Below, one piece after another: positions 46,038 through 54,688 of a stretch of 64,000 bases of DNA. The stretch spans positions 3,346 to 67,345 of the forward strand of contig JAFQRE010000043.1 of assembly GCA_017410245.1 (NCBI GenBank), read 5' to 3'. The notes below the pieces were generated by a model. It ran no database searches and was not told where the DNA came from. It was given only the letters and a program-made list of their open reading frames with translations. Numbering within the stretch: position 1 is the first letter of the stretch; each line of letters opens with the position of its first letter. The position numbers and the translations under genes are program-made. The stretch is from Bacteroidaceae bacterium. GTDB lineage: Bacteria > Bacteroidota > Bacteroidia > Bacteroidales > Barnesiellaceae_A.

Positions 46038-47111
46038 TTAAAATGCCGCAAGCAGAGTTTCGGCTTTGGCACATGTTTCTTTCCATTCATCGGTAGCTAC
46101 CGATTGTGCAGTCAGGCCACCACCCACATAGAGGCGCACAGCATCAGTGGTAAACTCCATACTGCGCAAATTGACATACAACCTACAACTACCATCTGAC
46201 CATGCTTCGCCCAAATAGCCACCATAATATCTTCGAGGCAACGTCTCTACTGCATCTATTACCCTCATCACGTCGGGCATAGGCACACCTGCCACTGCAG
46301 GAGTGGGGTGCAAACTCGACAACAAACGGTCGCGTAGAAAGGCCTCATGCTGTACTGTTATATCGAAATGAGTACAAAGATGTTCTACTTGCGCCGCCTG
46401 CTTGGTATAGGTATGCATAGTAACATCATTAAGGCCACATTGTTGCAATTTATCGGCTATATATTGTGTAACATATTGCTGTTCCTCAATCTCTTTACTA
46501 CCCCATTGCTCAACACTGCCGGCCTTTCTTGTACCGGCCAGTGCCATTGTAGCATAACCCTGGGGGTGCGACACCAACAACACTTCGGGCGTAGCACCCA
46601 CCCAGCCACACTCGCCGGGATAACGCACGATAAATACATATGCCGATTTATAAAGATTGCACAAACGAGCAAAATATTGTGGCAAAAAAGTTTTTGTATC
46701 GCAAGGGCGGGTAATCGTACGCGAATAGACCAGCTTCGAAAAATCCTTTCCACCGGCCATCATATCCACGAGCCACTCCACACTGCCAATATAGTAGTCA
46801 TACTCAATATCCTCGCCCCTCAACTCACGCTCTTCGATGTTTCGCACCGGCAAGGCCTGCAGGCGCTCCTTATCGGCCGGAAAAGTATCGGGATATAGAG
46901 AGAAAGGCAAGGCAGGCCCTTTCTTATCGAAAGGCATTACACGAAAACCATTATCCATGCGATGGACAGGAAGAGAAAAGACTTGTGCGCCAAAGCGGCA
47001 CTGCTCCTCATCGGGATATCGGCATACATAGAACGGCACATTCTTTGCCAAGCAGCAAGCTATGAGTTCGCTCGCTTCATCGACAGAGCAATATGGCGAA
47101 AAGTCATTCAT
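46038..47111 (-). CDS. menF: isochorismate synthase
   Basis: The chorismate-binding C-terminus is HPTPAVAGVP....RRYYGGYLG....LRSM....YVGGGLT. It lies upstream of menD. Confidence 0.85.
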   Translation of the reverse strand: MNDFSPYCSVDEASELIACCLAKNVPFYVCRYPDEEQCRFGAQVFSLPVHRMDNGFRVMPFDKKGPALPFSLYPDTFPADKERLQALPVRNIEERELRGEDIEYDYYIGSVEWLVDMMAGGKDFSKLVYSRTITRPCDTKTFLPQYFARLCNLYKSAYVFIVRYPGECGWVGATPEVLLVSHPQGYATMALAGTRKAGSVEQWGSKEIEEQQYVTQYIADKLQQCGLNDVTMHTYTKQAAQVEHLCTHFDITVQHEAFLRDRLLSSLHPTPAVAGVPMPDVMRVIDAVETLPRRYYGGYLGEAWSDGSCRLYVNLRSMEFTTDAVRLYVGGGLTAQSVATDEWKETCAKAETLLAAF

Positions 47112-47112
47112 A

Positions 47113-48405
47113 TCAGAGCGGACGAGCTATCAAGTCAAAAGGCATGGCCTCAATAATCTCTACATCGCAATATGTGCCCGGCTCGAGGGTGCGGCTCTTC
47201 TCTATAAGCACCTCATTATCTACCTCGGGCGAGTCGTACTGAGTGCGACCTACATAATAATCGGGCTCTTCGCGATCTATCAGCACACGTTGCACACTAT
47301 TCAACTTCGCGGCATTTATCTCTGCTGCAATCTCCTCTTGCAATGCCATGAGTCGGTCGAGGCGTTCTTGCTTCACCTCCTCCGGTATCTCATCGCTATA
47401 GTGACGAGCTGCATAGGTACCCTCCTCCTCGCAGTAGGCAAAAGCACCCATTCGCTCAAATCGGGCATCACGCACAAACTGCATCAACTCCTCAAAGTCG
47501 GCCTCTGTTTCGCCGGGGTGTCCTACCATAAGGGTAGTGCGCAGATGTATGCCCGGCACTTCACAACGTATGCGAGCCAACAAATCATAGGTCTGTTGCT
47601 TGGTGACATGGCGCAACATCTTATCGAGCATATTGTCGCTGATGTGCTGCAAAGCTATATCGAGATATTTACAAACATTGTCATGACGAGCCATCACCGG
47701 CAACAGGTCGTAGGGAAATCCGGCCGGATAGGCATAGTGAAGGCGTATCCACTCAACGCCCTCTATCTGAGCCATCTCATCAACAAGACGAGCAAGGCGA
47801 TTTTCGCCATACAAGTCCTCGCCATAGTACGAGAGGTCTTGCGCTATTATCTGAAACTCCTTGACACCCTGCGCTACCAATGTACGTACCTCGTCGAGTA
47901 TCTGCTCCATCGGATACGACTTGAAACGTCCCGTAATGAGCGGAATGGCACAATAGGAACAAAAACGGTTGCACCCTTCCGAGATTTTGATATAGGCATA
48001 GTGTGAAGGTGTAGTGAGAATGCGACGAGTAGTGCATTGCACATCGGGACGACCCAAATCGGCCAACAGACTCTCCCAATCAAACTTGCCGTAGAATTTG
48101 TCCACCTCGGGAATCTCGGCAGTGAGTTCCTCTCTATAACGTTCCGACAGGCAACCCATTACAAACAGCTTACCTATGCGACGGCGTTTCTTGGCATCGG
48201 CAAGTTGCAGTATCATCTCGATGCTCTCTTCCTTGGCATCGCCAATAAAGCCACATGTGTTCACCACAACTATCTCGCCCGAAACTTTCTCGGCATCGTG
48301 ATACACCTCATAGCCTGCATCGGCAAATCGGCGCAGCAGCCGCTCCGAATCGACCAAGTTTTTAGAGCAACCCAATGATACGATATCTACCCTATTGCGT
48401 TTCAT
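47113..48405 (-). CDS. rimO: ribosomal protein S12 methylthiotransferase RimO
   Basis: Start is at MKRNRVDIVSLGCSKNLVDSE (ATG 48405, 1 nt after the ftsY stop). The radical-SAM motif is EGCNRFCSYCAIP, and a TRAM domain sits at the C-terminus. Confidence 0.9.
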   Translation of the reverse strand: MKRNRVDIVSLGCSKNLVDSERLLRRFADAGYEVYHDAEKVSGEIVVVNTCGFIGDAKEESIEMILQLADAKKRRRIGKLFVMGCLSERYREELTAEIPEVDKFYGKFDWESLLADLGRPDVQCTTRRILTTPSHYAYIKISEGCNRFCSYCAIPLITGRFKSYPMEQILDEVRTLVAQGVKEFQIIAQDLSYYGEDLYGENRLARLVDEMAQIEGVEWIRLHYAYPAGFPYDLLPVMARHDNVCKYLDIALQHISDNMLDKMLRHVTKQQTYDLLARIRCEVPGIHLRTTLMVGHPGETEADFEELMQFVRDARFERMGAFAYCEEEGTYAARHYSDEIPEEVKQERLDRLMALQEEIAAEINAAKLNSVQRVLIDREEPDYYVGRTQYDSPEVDNEVLIEKSRTLEPGTYCDVEIIEAMPFDLIARPL

Positions 48406-48406
48406 A

Positions 48407-49360
48407 TCAATCACCAAAGAGTGAATCGACAAAAGCGGCACGACGGAAGACTTGTAAGTCCTCCATTCCCTCGCCCAGACCTATATATTTGACAGGGATT
48501 TTGAACTGGTCGGAGATACCAATCACCACACCACCCTTGGCTGTTCCATCGAGTTTGGTAATAGCCAACTCATTCACCTCAGTAGCTGCTGTAAACTGTT
48601 TGGCTTGTTCAAAGGCATTCTGTCCTGTAGAGCCATCGAGCACCAACAGCACTTCGTGTGGAGCATCGGGCAACACCTTAGCCATAACATTCTTTATTTT
48701 GGTCAGCTCGTTCATCAAGCCTATCTTGTTGTGCAAGCGACCGGCTGTATCAATAATCACCACATCGGCATTATTGGCTTTGGCCGAAGAGAGTGTATCG
48801 AATGCTACCGAAGCAGGGTCCGAACCCATTTTCTGTTTCACCACAGGCACACCTACACGCTCGCCCCATGCAACCAACTGCTCTACAGCAGCAGCGCGGA
48901 AAGTATCGGCAGCGCCCAAATACACCGAGTAGCCTTTCTTCTTATATTGATAAGCCAACTTGCCAATGGTTGTAGTCTTACCCACTCCATTCACGCCCAC
49001 CACCATTATTACGTATGGACGCTTGTCGGCAGGCACAGCAAACTCTTCCTCGGTATCCTCACCGGTCTCGGTAAGAAGCGATGTAATCTCTTCACGCAAG
49101 ATACGGTTGAGTTCCGAAGTTCCCAGATACTTATCACGAGCTACACGTTGCTCAATGCGCTCAATGATGCGCAGTGTAGTATCTACACCAACGTCCGAGG
49201 TAATGAGCACTTCCTCAAGATTATCAAGCACATCATCATCTACCTGATTTTTACCGGCAACAGCACGAGCCAACTTCGAGAAGACACCCTCTTTTGTTTT
49301 AGACAATCCCTTGTCGAGTGTCTCTTTTTTCTCTTTTGAGAAGAAATTAAACCAAGCCAT
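48407..49360 (-). CDS. ftsY: signal recognition particle-docking protein FtsY
   Basis: NG domain motifs: VGVNGVGKTTTIGKLA, DTAGRL, TKLDGTAKGG. Confidence 0.95.
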   Translation of the reverse strand: MAWFNFFSKEKKETLDKGLSKTKEGVFSKLARAVAGKNQVDDDVLDNLEEVLITSDVGVDTTLRIIERIEQRVARDKYLGTSELNRILREEITSLLTETGEDTEEEFAVPADKRPYVIMVVGVNGVGKTTTIGKLAYQYKKKGYSVYLGAADTFRAAAVEQLVAWGERVGVPVVKQKMGSDPASVAFDTLSSAKANNADVVIIDTAGRLHNKIGLMNELTKIKNVMAKVLPDAPHEVLLVLDGSTGQNAFEQAKQFTAATEVNELAITKLDGTAKGGVVIGISDQFKIPVKYIGLGEGMEDLQVFRRAAFVDSLFGD

Positions 49361-49417
49361 ATATATAGTTTTTTATTTATTACAATATCAATAGGGCCTA
49401 CCACGCCCAATTTCATG

Positions 49418-49425
49418 CAAAAGTA
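49418..49425 (-). promoter_or_regulatory. putative -7 promoter box for ftsY-rimO-menFD
   Basis: The minus strand reads TACTTTTG, 58 nt upstream of ATG 49360. Confidence 0.45.
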
Positions 49426-49440
49426 ACAAAAACAGCGTAT

Positions 49441-49475
49441 AAAAAAAACTTCCTCGCACAAAATGTGCAAGGAAA
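49441..49475 (-). terminator. rho-independent terminator after the rpmB-rpmG-DUF4295 unit
   Basis: CTTCCTCGCACA (49449-49460) pairs with TGTGCAAGGAA (49464-49474) with one G-U pair. The plus-strand A8 run at 49441-49448 is the U-tract on the minus strand. Confidence 0.75.
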
Positions 49476-49511
49476 TTTTATACTTGATATAAATTAAGTA
49501 CCAAATACAGA

Positions 49512-49664
49512 TTAAGCTTTCAAAGCAGCTTCAACGTTCTCTTTGAGGATCATTTCCTCTTGGAACATATAGGCACCGGTCTTGGGCGATTTCACAACTT
49601 TGATTACTTTCGCATAAGCACGGCCATCGCCTTTTTGCAGTGTTGCAACGGTTTTCTTTGCCAT
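49512..49664 (-). CDS. DUF4295 family small protein (50 aa)
   Basis: Not in the ORF track. The minus strand translates to MAKKTVATLQKGDGRAYAKVIKVVKSPKTGAYMFQEEMILKENVEAALKA. The position directly after rpmG is conserved in Bacteroidota (from memory). Confidence 0.8.
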   Translation of the reverse strand: MAKKTVATLQKGDGRAYAKVIKVVKSPKTGAYMFQEEMILKENVEAALKA

Positions 49665-49680
49665 GGGTCAGACCTCCTTA

Positions 49681-49869
49681 TTATTTAATTTCTTTGTGAA
49701 CAGTTACTTTCTTGAGGATAGGGTTGTATTTTTTCAACTCCAAACGCTCAGTGGTATTCTTACGATTTTTGGTTGTAATATAACGCGAAGTGCCGGGCAT
49801 ACCACTTGCCTTGTGCTCGGTGCATTCGAGTATTACTTGCACTCTATTACCTTTAGCTTTCTTTGCCAT
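49681..49869 (-). CDS. rpmG: 50S ribosomal protein L33
   Basis: [62 protein letters not shown]. Confidence 0.95.
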   Translation of the reverse strand: MAKKAKGNRVQVILECTEHKASGMPGTSRYITTKNRKNTTERLELKKYNPILKKVTVHKEIK

Positions 49870-49870
49870 A

Positions 49871-50125
49871 TTAGTTCATCATTTTTATTTCGGTTAAATA
49901 CCCTTTCTCTACTGCACATTTAATGGCAGCATCCAAGCCCAACTTGTTGATCAAGCGGAGACCTGCGGCAGATACAGTAAGGCAGATCCAGCAACCTTGC
50001 TCTACCCAATAGAATTTCTTGCTAAAGAGGTTAACATTGAAACGGCGTTTCGTGCGACGTTTCGAGTGCGAAACGTTATTGCCAACCATAGCTTTCTTAC
50101 CAGTAATTTGACAAATCTTTGACAT
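49871..50125 (-). CDS. rpmB: 50S ribosomal protein L28
   Basis: [33 protein letters not shown] is the canonical L28 N-terminus. Confidence 0.95.
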   Translation of the reverse strand: MSKICQITGKKAMVGNNVSHSKRRTKRRFNVNLFSKKFYWVEQGCWICLTVSAAGLRLINKLGLDAAIKCAVEKGYLTEIKMMN

Positions 50126-50176
50126 CGCTATCTTTTCTTTTTTAGTTTACTTTTCCAACTTTCACAAAACGGTGTG

Positions 50177-50184
50177 CAAATTTA
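50177..50184 (-). promoter_or_regulatory. putative proximal -7 promoter box for rpmB-rpmG
   Basis: The minus strand reads TAAATTTG, 52 nt upstream of ATG 50125. Confidence 0.5.
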
Positions 50185-50343
50185 CAGCATTTTGAATTAC
50201 CGTCCAAATTTTCGGCCGAGAAAAAATCAAAAAATCTTTTCCCGCCCAATTTAAGAGCATCACGACGGATTTATCAATTCGCGTAAATCAGCTTTACTGT
50301 TGTGTTTCAGGGCGTTGCATTATCCCTTTACCTTTCGGCGGTG

Positions 50344-50351
50344 CAAAGATA
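50344..50351 (-). promoter_or_regulatory. putative distal -7 promoter box (second box upstream of rpmB)
   Basis: The minus strand reads TATCTTTG, about 220 nt upstream of rpmB. A U-rich tract lies about 115 nt downstream (see findings). Confidence 0.35.
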
Positions 50352-50515
50352 AGCATTTTATCGCAAACTGCCATATTTTTACGTCATCTTATTAAAAATA
50401 TTTTCAAACTTTTTTTCTGATATCTTCGTTACATACCCGCTCTTATTATTCACTTTATCGCACTCATTTGCTACCATGTTCTTTTATCTTCGCCACCAAA
50501 AAAAGGCAACTTATT

Positions 50516-53083
50516 ATGAATAACAAACGTATCAACTTGATAGGTGTTTCGGACCACTCATCGGGTCGTGAAATGCAGCCCGGCGAGTGCGCCCGAATCG
50601 TAAACTTAACCAAAGTAAACAACACCCTATGTCCTACACCTACTCCCGCACAGATAGGTGGCATGGCCTACATGGGACGCAAGGTGTGCTACATTCACCT
50701 TTGTAACAATCTACAACACATCATTTCTACCGATGGTGATTCTCTCTTTCATGAGGCCGACTATGATGGTACATCAACTACTACAAAGGACATCTCTCTG
50801 ACAACTCTCGACAGTCCCATTACAAGCATATCGTCGCTGGGACAAACCCTCATTGCAACCACGGCCTGCCAGGTTTATTATTTCCTATATAAAAAAGACG
50901 CATACATTGCGTTAGGAAACAATCCACCCATGCCCATCATACGCTTCAACGAAGTCAATATACAAAACGAAGGCGTTATTACCGATGCCATCACCTACCA
51001 AGGTCGGGTGGAAAAGATTGATGCATCGCATCACGAAGAGTTTTCAAACCTCATCTTGGGTTCACTATATAAAATACGTGATGAGATACACAAGCAACAT
51101 GGGTTCTTTGCTCCGGTTGTTGTGCGATATGCTCTTCGCCTGTACGACGGCAATCACATATTACCATCACCCCCTATTGTTGTTGGGCTCAACAACTACA
51201 ATTACTGTCGCGAGCCACATTATCTCACATTTCACTACAACGAGGCAACCGACACTACCATGCTGATGCAAAACGTTTTCTTATTAGACACTATGGGCAT
51301 TGAATATTATATAGAGAGCATCGATTTGGCCAACTGGAGCGATATAGTTACAGGAGTAGATATTTTTGTATCGCGCGAGTTGGCTATGATTGAAGATAGT
51401 GCCATTGATAACGGATCGTACTACGACAAGAGCGGCAATAAAAGCGAGTATGTCTATAAATATCAAATTCCTCTTGTCAATACGACATCTATCGAGCAAG
51501 CCTTGCGCGATGAGACACTATTCTATCATCTGGCCACTATCGATATCGATAAAGCCTCAATAAAAACACCCACCCTCATCAAGCACGAGACCCGCACCGA
51601 CCTTATTATATATAGGCCACGACTCACAACCGACACCTCCAATTTCAACAGGATAGGAGCAAGAGTGTCGTACGTTTACAACAACCGTCTGCATTTGGCC
51701 GACATTTCTAAAGAGTACTTCAAAGGATACAATCCTATACTCTTCCAATCGAGCATCAATGAGAGCAGCTCCAATGCATTAGTTCGCATCAGTACACGCA
51801 TCACACTGGAAAACGGAGGCGTTGATGATGTGGCATGGAACTCCTCTATACCATACTTCGACTACAAACTGTCGCCTCTACTATCCTACCCCGATGGGAA
51901 TGCAATCTCAATAACACTCACTATACGCCTCGATGGCTATGAGTACCACAAAACATTTCCGCTAAAATGTATCGACAACGAGAACAGAGCCTCCTACATC
52001 GACCCCGACATACAGATGATCGATGTAACAACATGGGATAAAACCGAGATTACCCCCGACAACCTCAACAACTTCAACACACCTTCCTCTACTATACAAG
52101 TAGGATTGCGCAACCGTATGCTCGTATCGCAAGTAAACAATCCGTTCTTCTTTCCGGCCGAGCTATCTTTCGATATATCCAAAGGAGCTATCACAGGTAT
52201 TGCCACCACTACAATGACACTATCGCAAGGTCAATACGGAGAATTTCCGCTCTATATCTTCACCGAAGAGGGCGTATGGACAATGCAGGTAGGCAGTGAT
52301 GATGTGTGCTACTCTCGTTGCAACCCACTCAACAACGAGATACACAACATTGGCTCACTTTTACTATCGGCCGGTGCGGCTATCATATACCGTTCGGGAA
52401 ACAAATTGTTGGCTCTGACAGGCGCAGAAAGTAGCGTGTTGCTATCGCTCGAGGAGATTATTCCATCGGCATTTTACAACGACATATCGACACTCTCTTC
52501 CAAACTGACACCCGCGGCCACCGATGCCACATCGCTGTCCGATTATCTGGCAGGCAAGATTTCGGCTATATACAATCACAAGAGCAATGAGTTGATGCTG
52601 TGTAACCCCGATTTTTCATACTCGCTCGTATTACATCTACCTACGGGACACTTATATCGCCGGCAACAATCTTTCAGTACAATTGTAAGCAATGGCTCAG
52701 CGATGCTGGCACAAGGCAACAATGGCTTGCTGTATGACCTCGGTCGAGATGTTATATCACAGAAGCAAGTAGCTATCGTTACGCAGCCCATTCAGCCGGC
52801 TCCCGACACATACGCCCGTCTGCGACACGTTATGTGGCGAATGCAGGGTTCTTATTGCAACATATCATTATACATATTGGCGGCACATCAACCTCATGGT
52901 CAATACGGCATAATACACCACGCAACCTATGACGGCCGCGTGACAGGGCATCTACCCCTACGCATTTGGACTGCACCTTATAAATATTATAGGCTTATAC
53001 TTGCCGGCAGTGTATCGCACGACTTCAGCTTAGATTGTATAGACTTGTCATACGACCTTGCAGAGAACAACAAACTGCGATAA
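50516..53083 (+). CDS. hypothetical protein, 855 aa, no recognisable domain, no signal peptide or TM segment
   Basis: ATG at 50516 (MNNKRINLIGVSDHSSGREMQPGE) within ORF 50468..53083, whose track start is TTG. The frame is long and clean, rich in beta-prone residues (Y/I/T/N), and AT-rich relative to its neighbours. Confidence 0.8.
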   Translation: MNNKRINLIGVSDHSSGREMQPGECARIVNLTKVNNTLCPTPTPAQIGGMAYMGRKVCYIHLCNNLQHIISTDGDSLFHEADYDGTSTTTKDISLTTLDSPITSISSLGQTLIATTACQVYYFLYKKDAYIALGNNPPMPIIRFNEVNIQNEGVITDAITYQGRVEKIDASHHEEFSNLILGSLYKIRDEIHKQHGFFAPVVVRYALRLYDGNHILPSPPIVVGLNNYNYCREPHYLTFHYNEATDTTMLMQNVFLLDTMGIEYYIESIDLANWSDIVTGVDIFVSRELAMIEDSAIDNGSYYDKSGNKSEYVYKYQIPLVNTTSIEQALRDETLFYHLATIDIDKASIKTPTLIKHETRTDLIIYRPRLTTDTSNFNRIGARVSYVYNNRLHLADISKEYFKGYNPILFQSSINESSSNALVRISTRITLENGGVDDVAWNSSIPYFDYKLSPLLSYPDGNAISITLTIRLDGYEYHKTFPLKCIDNENRASYIDPDIQMIDVTTWDKTEITPDNLNNFNTPSSTIQVGLRNRMLVSQVNNPFFFPAELSFDISKGAITGIATTTMTLSQGQYGEFPLYIFTEEGVWTMQVGSDDVCYSRCNPLNNEIHNIGSLLLSAGAAIIYRSGNKLLALTGAESSVLLSLEEIIPSAFYNDISTLSSKLTPAATDATSLSDYLAGKISAIYNHKSNELMLCNPDFSYSLVLHLPTGHLYRRQQSFSTIVSNGSAMLAQGNNGLLYDLGRDVISQKQVAIVTQPIQPAPDTYARLRHVMWRMQGSYCNISLYILAAHQPHGQYGIIHHATYDGRVTGHLPLRIWTAPYKYYRLILAGSVSHDFSLDCIDLSYDLAENNKLR

Positions 53084-53104
53084 AAATCTTGTCGTCTAAT
53101 GCAC

Positions 53105-53139
53105 AAGGGACGTACATGGAATATCCACGCACGTCCCTT
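53105..53139. terminator. bidirectional terminator shared by the convergent 855-aa and 147-aa genes
   Basis: AAGGGACGT (53105-53113) pairs with ACGTCCCTT (53131-53139), followed by ATATTTTATA. Confidence 0.65.
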
Positions 53140-53161
53140 ATATTTTATATCATCACTACTG

Positions 53162-53605
53162 TTATTCCTCTTTTCCATTAAATACGATTGCCTTCATCTC
53201 GGCAGGATTAATTCGTACCGAGATAGAGTCGGTTGCTTCTTCATTAAAATATATGTATTTGAGACCCCTATTATATTCTGCCAAAAGCTCATAAAAATAT
53301 TTCATACCTTCATCGCCATCGACGTATAAATTACGAACTTCTTCCAACACCATCTTTTTCAACTCGGCAATAGCAGTCGGAAATTCCTCATAGACCCCAA
53401 ATAATTCGTTGTCCAATGAATAAGAATAGATAAAATCCGTCGCCGTACTCTCAACACGCAACATCGTTGTATATTCATCGACATACTGAGGACAAGTTTT
53501 ATTTATATCCTTGGCAACAAGATCTAACATTGTGCTCTCAGCATGACCTGATAGCGACAACAACCCCATCATGAGGGTGGTAAGTAAAATAATTATACGC
53601 TTCAT
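53162..53605 (-). CDS. small secreted hypothetical protein (147 aa)
   Basis: Signal peptide MKRIIILLTTLMMGLLSLSGHAES with no lipobox Cys. The mature part is acidic and helical. It has its own promoter box. Confidence 0.75.
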   Translation of the reverse strand: MKRIIILLTTLMMGLLSLSGHAESTMLDLVAKDINKTCPQYVDEYTTMLRVESTATDFIYSYSLDNELFGVYEEFPTAIAELKKMVLEEVRNLYVDGDEGMKYFYELLAEYNRGLKYIYFNEEATDSISVRINPAEMKAIVFNGKEE

Positions 53606-53632
53606 ATACTATTATTTTTTGGATTTATGGAA

Positions 53633-53640
53633 CAAATATA
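53633..53640 (-). promoter_or_regulatory. putative -7 promoter box for the 147-aa gene
   Basis: The minus strand reads TATATTTG, 28 nt upstream of ATG 53605 and just downstream of the menE stop. Confidence 0.45.
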
Positions 53641-53656
53641 CACTTTTTTCGACAAA

Positions 53657-54688
53657 TTACAATATTCTTTTGATTTTACCCGAGTATGTTTCCTCAAAGC
53701 GTTCCACAAATCGTATCTCCCGAGGCATTTCGTAACGCGACAAGCAACCACTGAGTTGGTCTTTGAGCCGACTCATTTCAGCATCGCTATATGCCTGTGA
53801 CTCAATGACCAGTACGATGCGCTGTCCCAATAGCTCATCGGCACAACTTGTAATGTAATATCGATGAGGAAGTATAGCCGATATTTTACGCTCTAAGTCC
53901 TCGGCACAGAACTTCAAGCCACCACTATTTATTATATTATCATATCGGCCCAACCATTCAAAGTGACGACTATCGATAAGACTCACCACATCGTTTGTCA
54001 CAAAATGCCTTCGGCTCAGTTGAGGAGCATCTATCACAAGGCAATTGCGATTATCGACAGCAAAAGAGACATCGCCCAATGCTACATATTGCCGAGCCCC
54101 TACTGCTCGCAAGGCTATATGCGACACGGTTTCGGTCATACCGTATGTCACATAGGTATGAGTTGCCAGCTGCATAAGACGTTGTTCCAATGTTGTGCTG
54201 ATGGGAGCACCTCCCACGAGCAGTTGCTTCACCCACGCAAGTTGCTCCTCTCCATTATCACTCTGCAAGGTAGTTGCCACTTGCATAGGCACCATAGCAG
54301 CCAATGTAATAGGTTGCTTGACATCTTGCAACGGCATAGATGATGGCTCGACAACAACAAGTTCGGCATGAGCCTCCAATGCCCGCACTATCATCATCTT
54401 GCCTGCAATATAGGCCGGCGACAAACATAACAACAGCGTAGCACTGCTATCTATCCCGAGGAAAGTATTAGTAAGCCGAGCCGAGGCACGCATGTCTTGC
54501 TTCAATAATGCTATAGCCTTGGGCACACCTGTCGAGCCCGACGTATGCCCTTGTACATAGTTACTATCGTTATACCACTCACGCAAGAATGACACGACAT
54601 CGCAAGCCACTTGGCCTTCCATCTCCTCTATCGAGACATAGGTTACTCCATTTATTATCACTTCCATTGCATATCGGGATAGTGCCAT
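53657..54688 (-). CDS. menE: O-succinylbenzoate--CoA ligase (AMP-binding family)
   Basis: The AMP motif is HTSGSTGVPKAI, with YGMTET and GKIKR near the C-terminus. It follows menB-menC. An alternative start at 54667 (MEVIINGV) would overlap menC by only 10 nt. Confidence 0.85.
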   Translation of the reverse strand: MALSRYAMEVIINGVTYVSIEEMEGQVACDVVSFLREWYNDSNYVQGHTSGSTGVPKAIALLKQDMRASARLTNTFLGIDSSATLLLCLSPAYIAGKMMIVRALEAHAELVVVEPSSMPLQDVKQPITLAAMVPMQVATTLQSDNGEEQLAWVKQLLVGGAPISTTLEQRLMQLATHTYVTYGMTETVSHIALRAVGARQYVALGDVSFAVDNRNCLVIDAPQLSRRHFVTNDVVSLIDSRHFEWLGRYDNIINSGGLKFCAEDLERKISAILPHRYYITSCADELLGQRIVLVIESQAYSDAEMSRLKDQLSGCLSRYEMPREIRFVERFEETYSGKIKRIL

